Part shown: positions 11,972 through 22,905 of the stretch, piece after piece
Layout of the letters: each line of letters begins with the position of its first letter
Numbering within the stretch: the first letter of the stretch is position 1
DNA from: an uncultured cyanobacterium
Lineage (GTDB): Bacteria; Cyanobacteriota; Cyanobacteriia; Cyanobacteriales; CAWCAG01
NCBI GenBank assembly: GCA_963803805.1
Contig: CAWDOD010000002.1
Span: 128,001-192,000, forward strand
Direction of reading: 5' to 3'
Length of the DNA stretch: 64,000 nucleotides
The notes under the pieces: generated by a model
Databases searched by the model: none
The model's input: only the letters and a program-made list of their open reading frames with translations
Told to the model about the DNA's origin: nothing
Program-made: the position numbers and the translations under genes

Positions 11972-12266
11972 TCAGACCATACCAGCATTAAAAATCTGCT
12001 TTGCAGTTAAACTTAATTCAGGAAAAGTTTGAGAAACAATTCGCTCATTATCTTGAAATTGATTAATTTGATATTCTTCCTCAATGACGTTTGATTTCTA
12101 CAGGAATTTTGATACCAAGAAAGCTAGTAACTTCTTCATGTTCCCCGACTGGTTGTGCCATTTCGATAATATTGCCATTATGTAGTTTGTAGCGTATCCC
12201 AGAATTTTCAGGTAGCCAACGGACAAATTCTTCAAAGGTTATTAGTTTGGGTAAAGCTTGAATCAT
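11972..12266 (-). pseudogene. Uma2-family endonuclease remnant with internal deletion
   Basis: N-terminus MIQALPKLITFEEF..RYKLHNGNIIEM..H joined out of frame to C-terminus EEYQINQFQDNERIVSQTFPELSLTAKQIF; catalytic core absent. Confidence 0.8.
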
Positions 12267-12424
12267 ACTAAAACAAGGAGCAGGGACTATGCAGCAAGGT
12301 TCTGCTTATTTGAGCATACTCCAGTAACCAGATGGGTTCATCACACCACTATTTCAGACCAAAAGAATAACATTTTGCTAGACTCAAAGATAAAGCTACA
12401 TCTTTAATTTAAGCGAAAATATTT

Positions 12425-13897
12425 ATGGCTCCAACCACATTACTTTTATCCAAAGAACTTCCTAAACTTAGCTACGACTTCACCACAGATAAATTTGACC
12501 AAACTTGGGAAGCCCCCCTCGCTACTCTGTTAGGATTAGGTCGTGCTGCCGGTGCAGATTTTGTGGAATTTTTCTTAGAACGGGTTAATTATATTAGCTG
12601 TTTAGCAGAAGATGAAAAAATTACCAGTATAAGCCCCAGACTCTCTACTGGTGCAGGTGTTAGGCTTTTTCGTGGTACGGCAGATTGTTATGTGAGTACT
12701 AATGATGTTTCCTTTTCTGGTTTAAAAGCGATTTTAGAAAAAGGACTTTCTATCTTAGGTTTGCAACTTCCTGCCCCTAATGCCAGTATTCCCGAAATTA
12801 ACTTAGAACTATTCCGAGATTACGCTACCGTAGGTAATAAGGATGGTTGGTTAACCCAATGTAGTTCCATTCGAGAAATGGGAGAAGTGCTATTAGATGC
12901 TAATGCCGCCCTGCAAAAAAAAGCTTCTCACCTGCAATCTCGCCAAGGTCAGTATTTTCGAGATTGGCAAGAGGTAATGGTAGCTTCAAGCGATGGCACT
13001 TTTGCTAGGGATATTCGCTTAACTCAATCTATCGGTATCAATGTCCTCTGTGCAGATGGGGCTAACCGTACTTCTAACGCTTTACGGGATGGGGACACTA
13101 GCAACCCTGCTTTCCTTCGTAACTGGGATTATCAATCATCCACCACAGAGTTGGCAGAAAGTGCCGGGAAAATGCTCTACGCCGATTATGTAGAAGCAGG
13201 AACCTACCCAATTATTATGGCTAATAAATTTGGTGGTGTCATCTTCCACGAAGCCTGTGGCCACCTTTTGGAAACTACCCAAATTGAACGAAAAACCACT
13301 CCCTTCATAGATAAAAAAGGTGAAAAAATTGCCCACGAAAGCTTAACTGCTTGGGATGAAGGACGTAGTGATAATGCCTTTGGTACAATTGATATGGATG
13401 ATGAAGGGATGCCTGCCCAACGCACCTTGTTAATTGAAAATGGTATCCTGAAAAACTTCTTAGCAGATCGGGCAGGTTCAGTGCGTACCGGGCATCCTCG
13501 TACTGGAAGTGGTCGTCGTCAAAATTATACCTTTGGGGCTGCATCAAGGATGCGTAATACCTACATTGCCCCAGGAAGTTACTCCGTAGATGACTTATTT
13601 GCTTCTGTGGATAAGGGTATTTATTGTAAGAAAATGGGGGGCGGCAGTGTTGGCCCCACGGGAGAATTTAACTTCGGTGTCGAAGAAGCTTATTTAATTG
13701 AAAATGGCAAAATAACCAAACCCCTCAAAGGAGCCATACTCATCGGTGAAGCAAAAGATATTATGAATCGCATTTCCATGTGTTCGGATGATTTAGGACT
13801 TGCTGCGGGCTTCTGTGGCTCTATTAGTGGCAGCATTTACGTTACTGTAGGGCAGCCTCATCTTAAGGTTGATTCTATTACTGTAGGGGGGAGGTAG
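12425..13897 (+). CDS. tldD: TldD metalloprotease
   Basis: HEACGHLLE zinc motif, [23 protein letters not shown]. Confidence 0.92.
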   Translation: MAPTTLLLSKELPKLSYDFTTDKFDQTWEAPLATLLGLGRAAGADFVEFFLERVNYISCLAEDEKITSISPRLSTGAGVRLFRGTADCYVSTNDVSFSGLKAILEKGLSILGLQLPAPNASIPEINLELFRDYATVGNKDGWLTQCSSIREMGEVLLDANAALQKKASHLQSRQGQYFRDWQEVMVASSDGTFARDIRLTQSIGINVLCADGANRTSNALRDGDTSNPAFLRNWDYQSSTTELAESAGKMLYADYVEAGTYPIIMANKFGGVIFHEACGHLLETTQIERKTTPFIDKKGEKIAHESLTAWDEGRSDNAFGTIDMDDEGMPAQRTLLIENGILKNFLADRAGSVRTGHPRTGSGRRQNYTFGAASRMRNTYIAPGSYSVDDLFASVDKGIYCKKMGGGSVGPTGEFNFGVEEAYLIENGKITKPLKGAILIGEAKDIMNRISMCSDDLGLAAGFCGSISGSIYVTVGQPHLKVDSITVGGR

Positions 13898-14111
13898 TCG
13901 TTGGCTTTGTTGGGGAGATGGGGAAGTAATAAGTAATAAGTGAAGAATTTGCTTTTTCTCCCCAACTTCTGACTCTTTCGTGTCTACTCTGTTACCCGTT
14001 GAAAGTGATACCAAAGCTGCAAAGTCAAAGTTATAAGTTTGTCACCCTATCTCAACTCCTAGGAAATTAACCACCTATTACCCATTACCTATTACCTTTT
14101 ACCTAATAAAA

Positions 14112-15454
14112 ATGACTGCAATTAAAGAAATAGCTGACTACGCCCAAACCAGTGCCAAGCAACTAGGCATCAAAAAATACGATATTTATGGTTCCACCGT
14201 TGATCAAACTAGTGTCCAAGTAGATGAAGGTAAACCTAAGCAAGTTAAGGCTTCTAATCGTTCTAGTGTCATTGTCCGGGTTTGGAACGAAAAAAATACG
14301 ATGGGAGTAACCTCTACCACCGATGTTGATCCTAGAGGTATTGAATTAGCTTTGCAAACAGCCCAGGAAGCAAGTTATTTCGGGGTAACAGAAAATGTAC
14401 CAGATTTTAGCCCTGAAGCTAAAGCTGACACTACTGATGTGGAAAGTAGCAAAGCTGAACAAGCCCCCGTTTCTCAGTTAATTGACCAGTTAGTCAAATT
14501 AGAAAAAGAATTAGTTAATGCCCATCCTGCTATTAAACAAGTACCCTACAACGGCTTAAGTCAGCAGGATGTAGATCGCTTTTATTTAAACAGTGAAGGG
14601 GCATTGCGTAAAGAAGAACGTTCCTATGCGGCTGTTTATCTTTATACTACCACAGAAGAGGAAGGAAAAAAGCCTCGTAGTGCCGGAAGTTACAAAGTCA
14701 GTCGCAGCGTTGCTAAATTACCAGCGGATGATTGCTTACAAGAAGCCCTGCAAAAAACTATTAGCCATCTTGATTATCATAAAATCCCCACAGGTAAGTA
14801 TCGTGTTGTCTTCTCGGCAGAAGCCTTTCTGGGATTATTGGGAGCATTTTCCAATCTTTTTAATGCCCAAAGTGTACTCGACAATCGTAGTCTTGTCAAC
14901 TCCAGAATCTTTAGGTACTTTGATTGCTTCTCCTCTACTTTCGGTTAACGACGATCCTTTGCATCCGGAAAACGTAGCAGCGGAAACCTTTGATGGAGAA
15001 GGTACTCCTACTCGTTGTGTACCCTTAATTGACCAATGGGGTTTTAACTAACTTCCTCCACAGTGCAGGCACAGCAAAACGGATGAATACCCAACCCACA
15101 GGAAATGCTAATAGTGGGGCAAAAGTAACTGTTAGTCCCCATTACTACCATGTTTTCTGTGGAGAGGCAGCTACAGAAGAGTTTAGCTTGGAGACAGCCG
15201 AGAAGGTAGTTTTAATTGACGATTTAAGCGCCCTTCATGCCGGAGTTAACGCTTTGCAAGGTTCCTTTTCTTTACCTTTTGATGGTTGGTTAATTGAAAA
15301 AGGTAAACGTACTAGTATTGATTCTGCTACTATTGCTGGGGACTTTATGGAGTTGTTGCAAGCAATTGTTTATGTGGAAAAGGAACCAGAAGTTACTCCA
15401 GGTGGGGTTTGTCCTCGTGTTTGGGTAGATGATCTTTCGATTACTTGCGAGTAA
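14112..15454 (+). CDS. pmbA: PmbA/TldE protein, two frameshifts (~14890, ~15030)
   Basis: Three overlapping ORFs give a contiguous TldE sequence (FDGEGTPT, TGNA, GSFSLPFDGW, TIAGDF); follows tldD. Confidence 0.85.
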
Positions 15455-15570
15455 CTTGGTGATGGGGTGATGGGGTGATAGGGAGATGGGGGGAAGAACA
15501 AGACAACTTAATTGGTATATTAATAATCCGCAAGTCCCTAAGCAAATTTAAGAGCAAAATAGGGGAACTG

Positions 15571-16224
15571 ATGAAGAAGAGAATTTATTTAACAACTATT
15601 GCAGCGATCGCGGTATCTGTCGCTGCTGTAGTCATTGCCAAGAACACAAATAATTCTACATCACAAAGTTCTGAAGAATCAGTTGCTAGCACTGAAATTA
15701 TTGAGGGCTTGCCCGTTACAAGAATACAAGGAGATATTGTTATACCAGAAGATATTGAGGAGATGATTGCAAGATCAGATATTATCGTAATTGGTAAACC
15801 AACACAATCAATCACCGAAAGTAAACCCATCGTTCGACGCGATTCTGAGGGTTATATTATTGAAGCATTCTCTCAAACTGAATTTGAAGTAGAACTTGCC
15901 ATCAAAGGTACGTCATCTTCTGACACACTATTAATTGGACAACAAGCAGCTATAGTTCAATACAAAAATAGTCCTAGAACTGTTCTCGAAGTATTTGAAG
16001 ATTACCAACCCTTAGTTCAAGATGCGAAATACCTTCTTTTCCTCAATAAAGGTTGGGGTGATAGTCTATTGTATTTTCCTGTAGGGGTTTATTACGGTAA
16101 ACTTAATATTGATGGTACAGACCAAGCTGAAAATCAAATAGAAAGAAGTCCACATTTCAAATCAATGCGAAAGGACGTAATGGAAAGATTTAAGCCGGTT
16201 ATAGACGAGGCTTTGCGTCAATGA
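15571..16224 (+). CDS. Hypothetical exported or membrane-anchored protein
   Basis: MKKR followed by a hydrophobic segment and Ser/Thr linker; ATG 15571 preceded by AGGGGA. Confidence 0.7.
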   Translation: MKKRIYLTTIAAIAVSVAAVVIAKNTNNSTSQSSEESVASTEIIEGLPVTRIQGDIVIPEDIEEMIARSDIIVIGKPTQSITESKPIVRRDSEGYIIEAFSQTEFEVELAIKGTSSSDTLLIGQQAAIVQYKNSPRTVLEVFEDYQPLVQDAKYLLFLNKGWGDSLLYFPVGVYYGKLNIDGTDQAENQIERSPHFKSMRKDVMERFKPVIDEALRQ

Positions 16225-16429
16225 TTTTTCATTAAGCTGATTCACTACCTTAACTTCGGGATATTCCGTTCCCCCATCGATTTATCTGCTAATTCAGCAA
16301 CGCCAGCAGCAATCAAAAGCTCAATGAATTTTTTTACTTAGCAGGCGATCGCCACTCGTACCCCTGGCACAAAAGAGAGTTTTGGGCAATAATTTCTATT
16401 TATGGCTAATCTGGTATCAAATAAAAACT

Positions 16430-17050
16430 ATGTCAACTCTCAGTCAAGCTATTGTCGATATCTTTTCCACAGAAAAGAAACTAAGCCTCAATGGTATCTT
16501 GCAAAAGTTTCCTGAACATGGCTATGGTTTTTTGTTGGCTATTTTAGCTTTACCTTCAGCCCTGCCCATTCCTGCCCCCGGTTATGCAACACCCTTTGGT
16601 TTAGCCTTAGCTGCCTTGGGGTGGCAAATGGTTATTGCCAGAGAAACACCTTGGTTGCCTGATTTTATTGGCAAAAGGCGTGTACATATTGCCCAAGATG
16701 GCAAATTTCTCAAACTAGCTCTCAAATTCATCAATTTTCTTGAAAAGTTTGTCAAACCTCGCTTCCCTCTCCTCCATAAGCACACCAGGTTGTATGGATT
16801 GTTGATTTTCCTGTGCGGTTTATGTATGTCTTTACCCATACCTTTAACCAACACTCTCCCTTCTCTAGGAATCTTCTTACTTGCCTTGGGCTTTCTAGAA
16901 ACTGATGGCTTGTTCCTTTTATTAGGTTCTATAGCTTGCTTGGGAGGTATTCTTATAACCTTAAGTTTAATTACCTTGGGATTTGTTTTTGGTTGGCAAG
17001 CTGTCTTCCAACTTAAGGAATTAGTTAAAGGATGGCTGGGGCTTTCTTGA
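16430..17050 (+). CDS. exoD: Exopolysaccharide synthesis protein ExoD family
   Basis: LALPSALPIPAPG, PWLP, LPIPLTNTLP..E.DG motifs. Confidence 0.85.
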   Translation: MSTLSQAIVDIFSTEKKLSLNGILQKFPEHGYGFLLAILALPSALPIPAPGYATPFGLALAALGWQMVIARETPWLPDFIGKRRVHIAQDGKFLKLALKFINFLEKFVKPRFPLLHKHTRLYGLLIFLCGLCMSLPIPLTNTLPSLGIFLLALGFLETDGLFLLLGSIACLGGILITLSLITLGFVFGWQAVFQLKELVKGWLGLS

Positions 17051-17087
17051 GGAATTGGGAGTAACCATAACGTTTTTTGAAAATGTC

Positions 17088-17116
17088 TTGTCAAATTATT
17101 AACTATGGTATATACT
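17088..17116 (+). promoter_or_regulatory. Sigma70-type promoter for Yfr2
   Basis: TTGTCA (17088-93), 17-nt spacer, TATACT (17111-16), about 7 nt before the sRNA 5' motif. Confidence 0.7.
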
Positions 17117-17122
17117 GCTTGC

Positions 17123-17190
17123 AGTGTGAGGAGTTAAACAGAAAAGCGCTTGGGGTCGAAACATGGCAAGACTCCCAAGCGCTTTTCTAT
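17123..17190 (+). ncRNA. yfr2: Yfr2-family cyanobacterial sRNA
   Basis: 5' GTGTGAGGAG motif then stem AGAAAAGCGCTTGGGGTC / GACTCCCAAGCGCTTTTCT with loop GAAACATGGCAA. Confidence 0.8.
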
Positions 17191-17205
17191 TGCAGGTTTT
17201 TTTAA

Positions 17206-18339
17206 TTAATGATGGTGGTGATGGTGATGAGCCGTAGCTACTCCTAAACTAGGATTAACAGCGATCGCCTCTTCTTCTAATAAAGCTTTAATACTTTCAT
17301 TAGCCCAATCTGCTGCCATCTTTAAAAAATCAGGACGTTCGTTGACACAAGGCATTTGTACAAAAGCCACATCAGAGCGTTTGTGCTGAAGATGGTGGAT
17401 AATATGATCCACATCTAAGATAGTTTCGTGATTTTCTGTAGCAAAACCGATGGGCATCATCACAATGGCTTTAGCCCCCAAGTCCATTAAATTCTTAGCT
17501 GCCAAATCTACATTAGGCTGCGTCCATTCAATTAAAGGGGTGTCGTGATTAAGCCAACCTACAGAAATGAGAGGATACTTATTAATTAACTCTAAACGTA
17601 CCGACTCATATAAAGCTTGACTTTCCTCAATACCAGAGGTGAAGCCTTTGGCTTTGTGAGGACAGCCATGGTTCATCAAGATAATGCCAATTTGCGAAGG
17701 TAAGTGGGTTTGAGCCAATTCTTCTTGGATTTTCTCTTCTACCATTTGCCCCAACAACTTGATATAAGCTGGTTCATCGTAAAACGAGGGAATATAACGA
17801 GTTCCTTTTAACCAATGTTCCTCACCTTCAGTTAGTTTGCTTAAAGCATCGTTAACTTGCTCTACAGCAATACCACTGGTGAAGATAGAATCAACTACCA
17901 AAAGAGGATAAATTAGTAGTTTAGTAAAACCTTCTTCCTTAATTTGAGTTAAAACCTGTTCTGGTAGGTGGGGAGCGCAGAAATTGAAAGCTTTAAAAAC
18001 CTTCACGCGATCGCCCCAGCTTTCTTGGAGATTTTTTTCAATTCCAGCTCGCTGCTCCTCAAAAATTTTATTGTGAGGAGAGATGAAATTACCATGTTGG
18101 TGACTCCATTCATGGAAGTCAAACAAAGCCAAAAGCTTAGCCAGTGGGGGATAAATCCAAGTAGGTACTGGAGCAAACTTAGCAGTGAGTAAGTTTAAGG
18201 CTTGTTCGTTGTAATTAGCAAAGTCTTTGTAGCTTTCTACTTCACCATAGCCCATGAGTAACACAGCAACGTTATCACTGTTGTCTCTTACCTCTATTAC
18301 CTCATCTGTTTGTTGAACTTTTTCTGGGCTAGCAACCAT
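17206..18339 (-). CDS. Ferrochelatase-family (class II chelatase) protein with C-terminal His tract
   Basis: AVLLMGYG, SPHN, YPL, NHG, WTQP, PIGFATENHETILD; ends HHHHHHH; no CAB extension. Confidence 0.75.
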   Translation of the reverse strand: MVASPEKVQQTDEVIEVRDNSDNVAVLLMGYGEVESYKDFANYNEQALNLLTAKFAPVPTWIYPPLAKLLALFDFHEWSHQHGNFISPHNKIFEEQRAGIEKNLQESWGDRVKVFKAFNFCAPHLPEQVLTQIKEEGFTKLLIYPLLVVDSIFTSGIAVEQVNDALSKLTEGEEHWLKGTRYIPSFYDEPAYIKLLGQMVEEKIQEELAQTHLPSQIGIILMNHGCPHKAKGFTSGIEESQALYESVRLELINKYPLISVGWLNHDTPLIEWTQPNVDLAAKNLMDLGAKAIVMMPIGFATENHETILDVDHIIHHLQHKRSDVAFVQMPCVNERPDFLKMAADWANESIKALLEEEAIAVNPSLGVATAHHHHHHH

Positions 18340-18937
18340 GCCCTACTCCTTTAATAGCGTGCAAGATTTTGGGTGTAGGAAATTCAGAAATTCAGAAATT
18401 CATTTTATGTACCTACAGTTACCTTTAGGGTAACATCCCCTATGGGGGGATTGCTGATAGTTGTAATCTTTAGTTTATGATTCAGCATAATCTGAAAATA
18501 TATAAGTGAAAACCAAAATATATTGTGTTAAATATTAAATATTTTGAATTCACATAACTTTAACTAAAAAAATGTCAATCCCAAACAGTTCTTGAAAAAG
18601 ACGCATTTATGTGGTTTAATGGCATCACTACAAAATAAGAGTAGCCTACTTGTGTCAAAAATAAATTCGCAATCTCTACAAGCTAGATAAATCGTCACTT
18701 TTACCCCAAAAAAGAGCAAAGTTCTCCTGCTATCTACACTCTAGCCCGAACAAATTTTGAGGGACTTTCCAAAGTTTTTTTGACAAAAAAGACCTACTGT
18801 GATAGAAAGAGTCGCCAAACATTTCCTGCCTCTCCATATTTACTTCCCTTAGCATATTGAGAAAAAGTGAATTGGCGGCTATTGGAAGCAACCACAATAA
18901 GGATTAAATACCTCAACATTCTCTATTTTGATCTGTA

Positions 18938-20130
18938 GTAGTCTGTCAATCATGAATTTGTGGATAAAGATTCTTGAGACGAACACGGGCATCTTCAGTG
19001 GTAAATTGCCAATCTACCGACTTTTGCAATCTGTTACGCTCCACACACCAAGCCTGAGTCTCACTCTCTAAAACTTCCCGCTCTCCAATTCGTCTATCCA
19101 AGCACTGTCGAGTCAAAGCAGACAACTCAATCTCAGCAATATTAAGCCAACTTCCATGTTTGGGAGTATGGTGAATTTCCAACTTTTCTACTAAACCACG
19201 GGCAGTTGGTGGTTCAAAGGCTTTATAAAAAGAAGCCTGTGTGTGAGTGTTTAACTGGTCACATACCAAAGTTACGGTTTCACTCTCTGGGTAGTCTTGC
19301 TCTAGTAAATGCTGTACCTGTAATGCCCAATCTACTGCGGTTCTTGTCTGGGTAACTATAACCTTTCGCCAGCCTGAAAGAGGTTCTGTAAATATGAAGA
19401 GGTTGGCCGTTCCATTACGTTCATATTCGTAATCGAATGACTCTGGATATCCCGGTTTGGCCGGTAGCCGAGTGCGAGTTTCTTTAATTAGTTGCACCGG
19501 TTTTTCATCCATACAGATCATGGGATGCTTGGGGTCATAGGGTCGATGATAAACTTCTAATACATCCTCCATCTGAGCTACAAATTCAGCATTTTTTTGA
19601 GGGGGAATGACATATTGCTTACGCAGATGAGGCTTTAATTGGTTTTTTTTAGCTCTCGTCTGACTGTTTCGTGGCTAATCTCTGGCACAATCTCCAGCTC
19701 TGCTAATTTGTCTGCTAGGAGTCTTAATGTCCAACGTGCTTGCCCTTTTGGAGGCTCTCCACACCTTAAGGCTATTAGCTTTGCCTGCGCTTCTCCATCA
19801 CATACTTTGGGGCGCGATGGACTTTTTTGCTTCTTTCTCTCTAATGCTCTTTCTAAACCAACTTCTACTAATCTTTGTCGCAGATTCGCTACTGTGTTTC
19901 GGTGACAGCCAAATGTCTTCGCTGCCTCTTTGTCTGTCCATCCTTGTCCATTCACGTCTATGTTTAACAGTATATTCGCGTGTTTTATCTTATATGCTGC
20001 TGCTTTACCCTTTGATACTAATTCTTGGAGTTGCTGTCTTTCTTCTTCTGTTAATCTCACTATGTAACGTTTCTGCATTTTTTACATTTGCTTCCTGATT
20101 CCACTCACAAAATTAATTATGACAGACTAG
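18938..20130 (-). mobile_element. IS630-family insertion sequence, apparently complete
   Basis: Terminal IRs GTAGTCTGTCA / TGACAGACTAG flanked by TA at 18936-37 and 20131-32; contains HTH ORF plus DDE ORF. Confidence 0.9.
18946..20078 (-). CDS. IS630 transposase, OrfA (HTH) + OrfB (DDE) joined by probable -1 frameshift
   Basis: RWTLRLLA, CMDEKP, VCDQLNTH, TPKHGSWLNIAEIE; slippery A-run CTAAAAAAAAC (minus strand) at ~19643-19650. Confidence 0.9.
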
Positions 20131-20544
20131 TAGGTTAAGCGTAGATATTACCAAGGCTAGGATAGCGGGGATTTTTTAGCCTTTGAATGATTCTTGGCTA
20201 GATGATTGAGTTGGCTTTTCTGAACTTAAGGTAGGGACTTGGGAACTAAAAATAATTATGCTTAAAGCCAGGATAAAAATAAGAGTTAAATAACGGAAAG
20301 ACTTGAGGCAAGGCATTGTCAGCTAGCAATATTAGGTTTGATATTGCCGATTATTCAAAGCAATTGAACTTGTTCCAGTTTGTACCAATTGAGATCCACC
20401 TCCCAACTCGCACAAATCATTATTCAGAGAATATTTCTTGAGTATTGAATTGGTTTCCTCAAAAACTAATTTTGGTATATTTTGTATCTATTTTAATAAT
20501 CTTCTTTGATTATCATAGTCCGGTAAAACCTTGATAAAAATAGT

Positions 20545-22719
20545 ATGAGTGGAAATGAAGCCCGTCTCCAGGCAGTTCATCAAATTACTAATCAGGAAAT
20601 GATGCCGCCTAAACTTCCCGAACCTTTAGAAGCAATTTGGGCAGAGAACGTCTTTGATCTGAGTAAAATGCAGTCGAGTCTCCCCAAAGCTGTCTTCAAA
20701 TCAATTAAAAAAACCATTGCCACAGGTGAAAAGCTAGACCCTTCCATTGCCGATGCCGTTGCCAATGCCATGAAAGACTGGGCAACATCAAAAGGGGCGC
20801 TTTATTATGCCCACGTCTTTTACCCCATGACCAACCTCACCGCAGAAAAGCATGACGGCTTTATCTCCGTACAAGGGGACGGCAAGGCTATTTCAGAATT
20901 TTCTGGTAAATTATTAGTGCAGGGAGAGCCAGATGGCTCATCGTTCCCCAATGGTGGTATCCGAGGCACTTCCGAAGCAAGAGGATACACTGCTTGGGAC
21001 GTTACCAGCCCTGCTTACATCATGGAAACCGACCATGGTTCCACATTCTGTATTCCTACGGTTTTTGTATCTTGGACGGGGGAAGCACTAGACAAAAAAG
21101 TGCCACTTTTACGCTCCATCGCCGCTATGGACAAAGCCGCTAACAAAGTTCTCAAGCTCTTAGGACATGAAGATGTTGCTCGTGTGAACTCTAGCTGTGG
21201 CGCTGAGCAAGAATACTTCTTAGTTGATGCTAATTTTGCCAGAAAACGCCCTGACCTCCTAGTAGCAGGAAGAACCCTTTTTGGTAAAGCTCCTGCTAAA
21301 GGTCAAGAATTTGACGACCATTACTTTGGGGCAATTCCAGATCGGGTTTTGGTTTTCATGCAAGATGTTGAAGAAACCATGTACAAACTCGGCATCCCTG
21401 CAAAAACCCGACATAACGAAGTTGCCCCTGGTCAATTTGAAATTGCACCCTTCTTTGAAGCAGCAAACGTGGCGAGTGATCATCAGCAACTCACCATGAC
21501 CATCCTCAAGCGCACGGCGAAAAAGCATGGTTTTGTTTGCTTACTCCATGAAAAACCCTTTGCTGGCATCAACGGCTCTGGTAAGCACGTCAACTGGTCT
21601 GTTGGCAATGCAACTCAAGGAAACTTGCTTGATCCAGGAGACTCCCCCCATGAGAATGCTCAGTTCCTAGTTTTCTGTGGCGCAGTCATTCGGGGTGTTC
21701 ACAAATACGCGCCTCTGATGCGTGCTGTTATTGCTAGTGCTAGCAACGACCACCGCTTAGGAGCAAATGAAGCACCTCCGGCAATCATGTCTGTTTATTT
21801 AGGGACACAATTAGAAGAAGTCTTTGAACAGATTAAAAGTGGCTCAGTTAGTGGCTCTAAGAAAAAAGGTGTCATTGATTTGGGGATTGATGTTTTGCCT
21901 CCCCTCACCAAAGATGCTGGGGACAGAAACCGCACCTCTCCCTTTGCCTTCACAGGTAATCGCTTTGAATTCCGTGCTGTGGGGTCAAACCAATCGGTAT
22001 CAGGGCCATTAGTTGCTCTCAATACCATGTTGGCAGATTCTCTCGATTGGATTGGTAATCGCTTGGAAAGTGAATTAGCCAAGGAAAAGAATCTTAATGC
22101 TGCCATCGTTACCGTCCTCAAAGAAGTGATGGAAGAGCATAGTGCAGTTATCTTTGGTGGCGATGGCTATTCTGAAGAATGGCACAAAATGGCTGTTGAA
22201 GAGCGTGGTTTAGCTAACTTGCCTACCACCGCAGATGCTTTACCTGCCCTTAAAGCGGAATATGTTGAAGACTTGTTTAAGAAGACAGGGGTTTTAACAC
22301 CAGTTGAGCTTGACAGCCGCTTTGAAGTGTATGCAGAGCAGTATATTCTCTCCATTGAGGTTGAAGCCAAATTAGTTATTAATATGGCGAAAACCATCAT
22401 TTATCCCACAGCCGTGGCATATTTATCAGAACTATCATCAACCATTGCTAGTTTGACTGATTTAGGCATCGATCTTGAAAAGGATAGTGCGAAAAAAGTT
22501 GCAAAACTTACTAATTCTTTAGTTGAAGCAACGGGCAAGTTGAGTGCAGCTATGGATAAACATGACTTCCCCTCAACTGAAGAGCATATGAACTATTGTG
22601 CTTATACAATTCGTCCTTTGATGGATGAAGTTCGTGGCTACGGTGATGCCCTCGAAGGTGAGGTTGCAGATAGTTTCTGGCCATTGCCAACCTACCAAGA
22701 AATGCTATTCATCAAGTGA
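20545..22719 (+). CDS. glnN: Glutamine synthetase type III
   Basis: 724 aa; [68 protein letters not shown]. Confidence 0.95.
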   Translation: MSGNEARLQAVHQITNQEMMPPKLPEPLEAIWAENVFDLSKMQSSLPKAVFKSIKKTIATGEKLDPSIADAVANAMKDWATSKGALYYAHVFYPMTNLTAEKHDGFISVQGDGKAISEFSGKLLVQGEPDGSSFPNGGIRGTSEARGYTAWDVTSPAYIMETDHGSTFCIPTVFVSWTGEALDKKVPLLRSIAAMDKAANKVLKLLGHEDVARVNSSCGAEQEYFLVDANFARKRPDLLVAGRTLFGKAPAKGQEFDDHYFGAIPDRVLVFMQDVEETMYKLGIPAKTRHNEVAPGQFEIAPFFEAANVASDHQQLTMTILKRTAKKHGFVCLLHEKPFAGINGSGKHVNWSVGNATQGNLLDPGDSPHENAQFLVFCGAVIRGVHKYAPLMRAVIASASNDHRLGANEAPPAIMSVYLGTQLEEVFEQIKSGSVSGSKKKGVIDLGIDVLPPLTKDAGDRNRTSPFAFTGNRFEFRAVGSNQSVSGPLVALNTMLADSLDWIGNRLESELAKEKNLNAAIVTVLKEVMEEHSAVIFGGDGYSEEWHKMAVEERGLANLPTTADALPALKAEYVEDLFKKTGVLTPVELDSRFEVYAEQYILSIEVEAKLVINMAKTIIYPTAVAYLSELSSTIASLTDLGIDLEKDSAKKVAKLTNSLVEATGKLSAAMDKHDFPSTEEHMNYCAYTIRPLMDEVRGYGDALEGEVADSFWPLPTYQEMLFIK

Positions 22720-22905
22720 TACTAAATCCACTCATTCTATCCCCCTTCTCCTTTTGGTTAAAAACTAAAACTTAAACTAAAAGGGGAAAAAGGACAGGGT
22801 GTATCTTACATTTATCATTAGCTCAACGCTAAATGAAGAATTAAACAAAAGCGCAAAAGCGTAAAGACCAAAATATCAACCTGCATACCATTTTCTTGGA
22901 AAAAT

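Noticed and set aside
14112..15454. Programmed frameshifting or a genuine three-gene split of pmbA
   Set aside because: No slippery heptamer; same pattern as the other probable sequencing indels
12425..15454. tldD-pmbA as a RiPP maturation locus
   Set aside because: No precursor peptide or modification enzymes adjacent; the pair is a common housekeeping arrangement
16582..17094. 170-aa minus-strand ORF and the many other 60-120-aa overlapping ORFs in the track
   Set aside because: Antisense or alternate-frame shadows of well-supported genes with no motifs of their own
20340..20545. NtcA site or glutamine riboswitch upstream of glnN
   Set aside because: Only imperfect matches (GTT-N8-TAC at ~20372; GTA-N8-AAT at ~20484) without a convincingly spaced -10; no riboswitch core recognised
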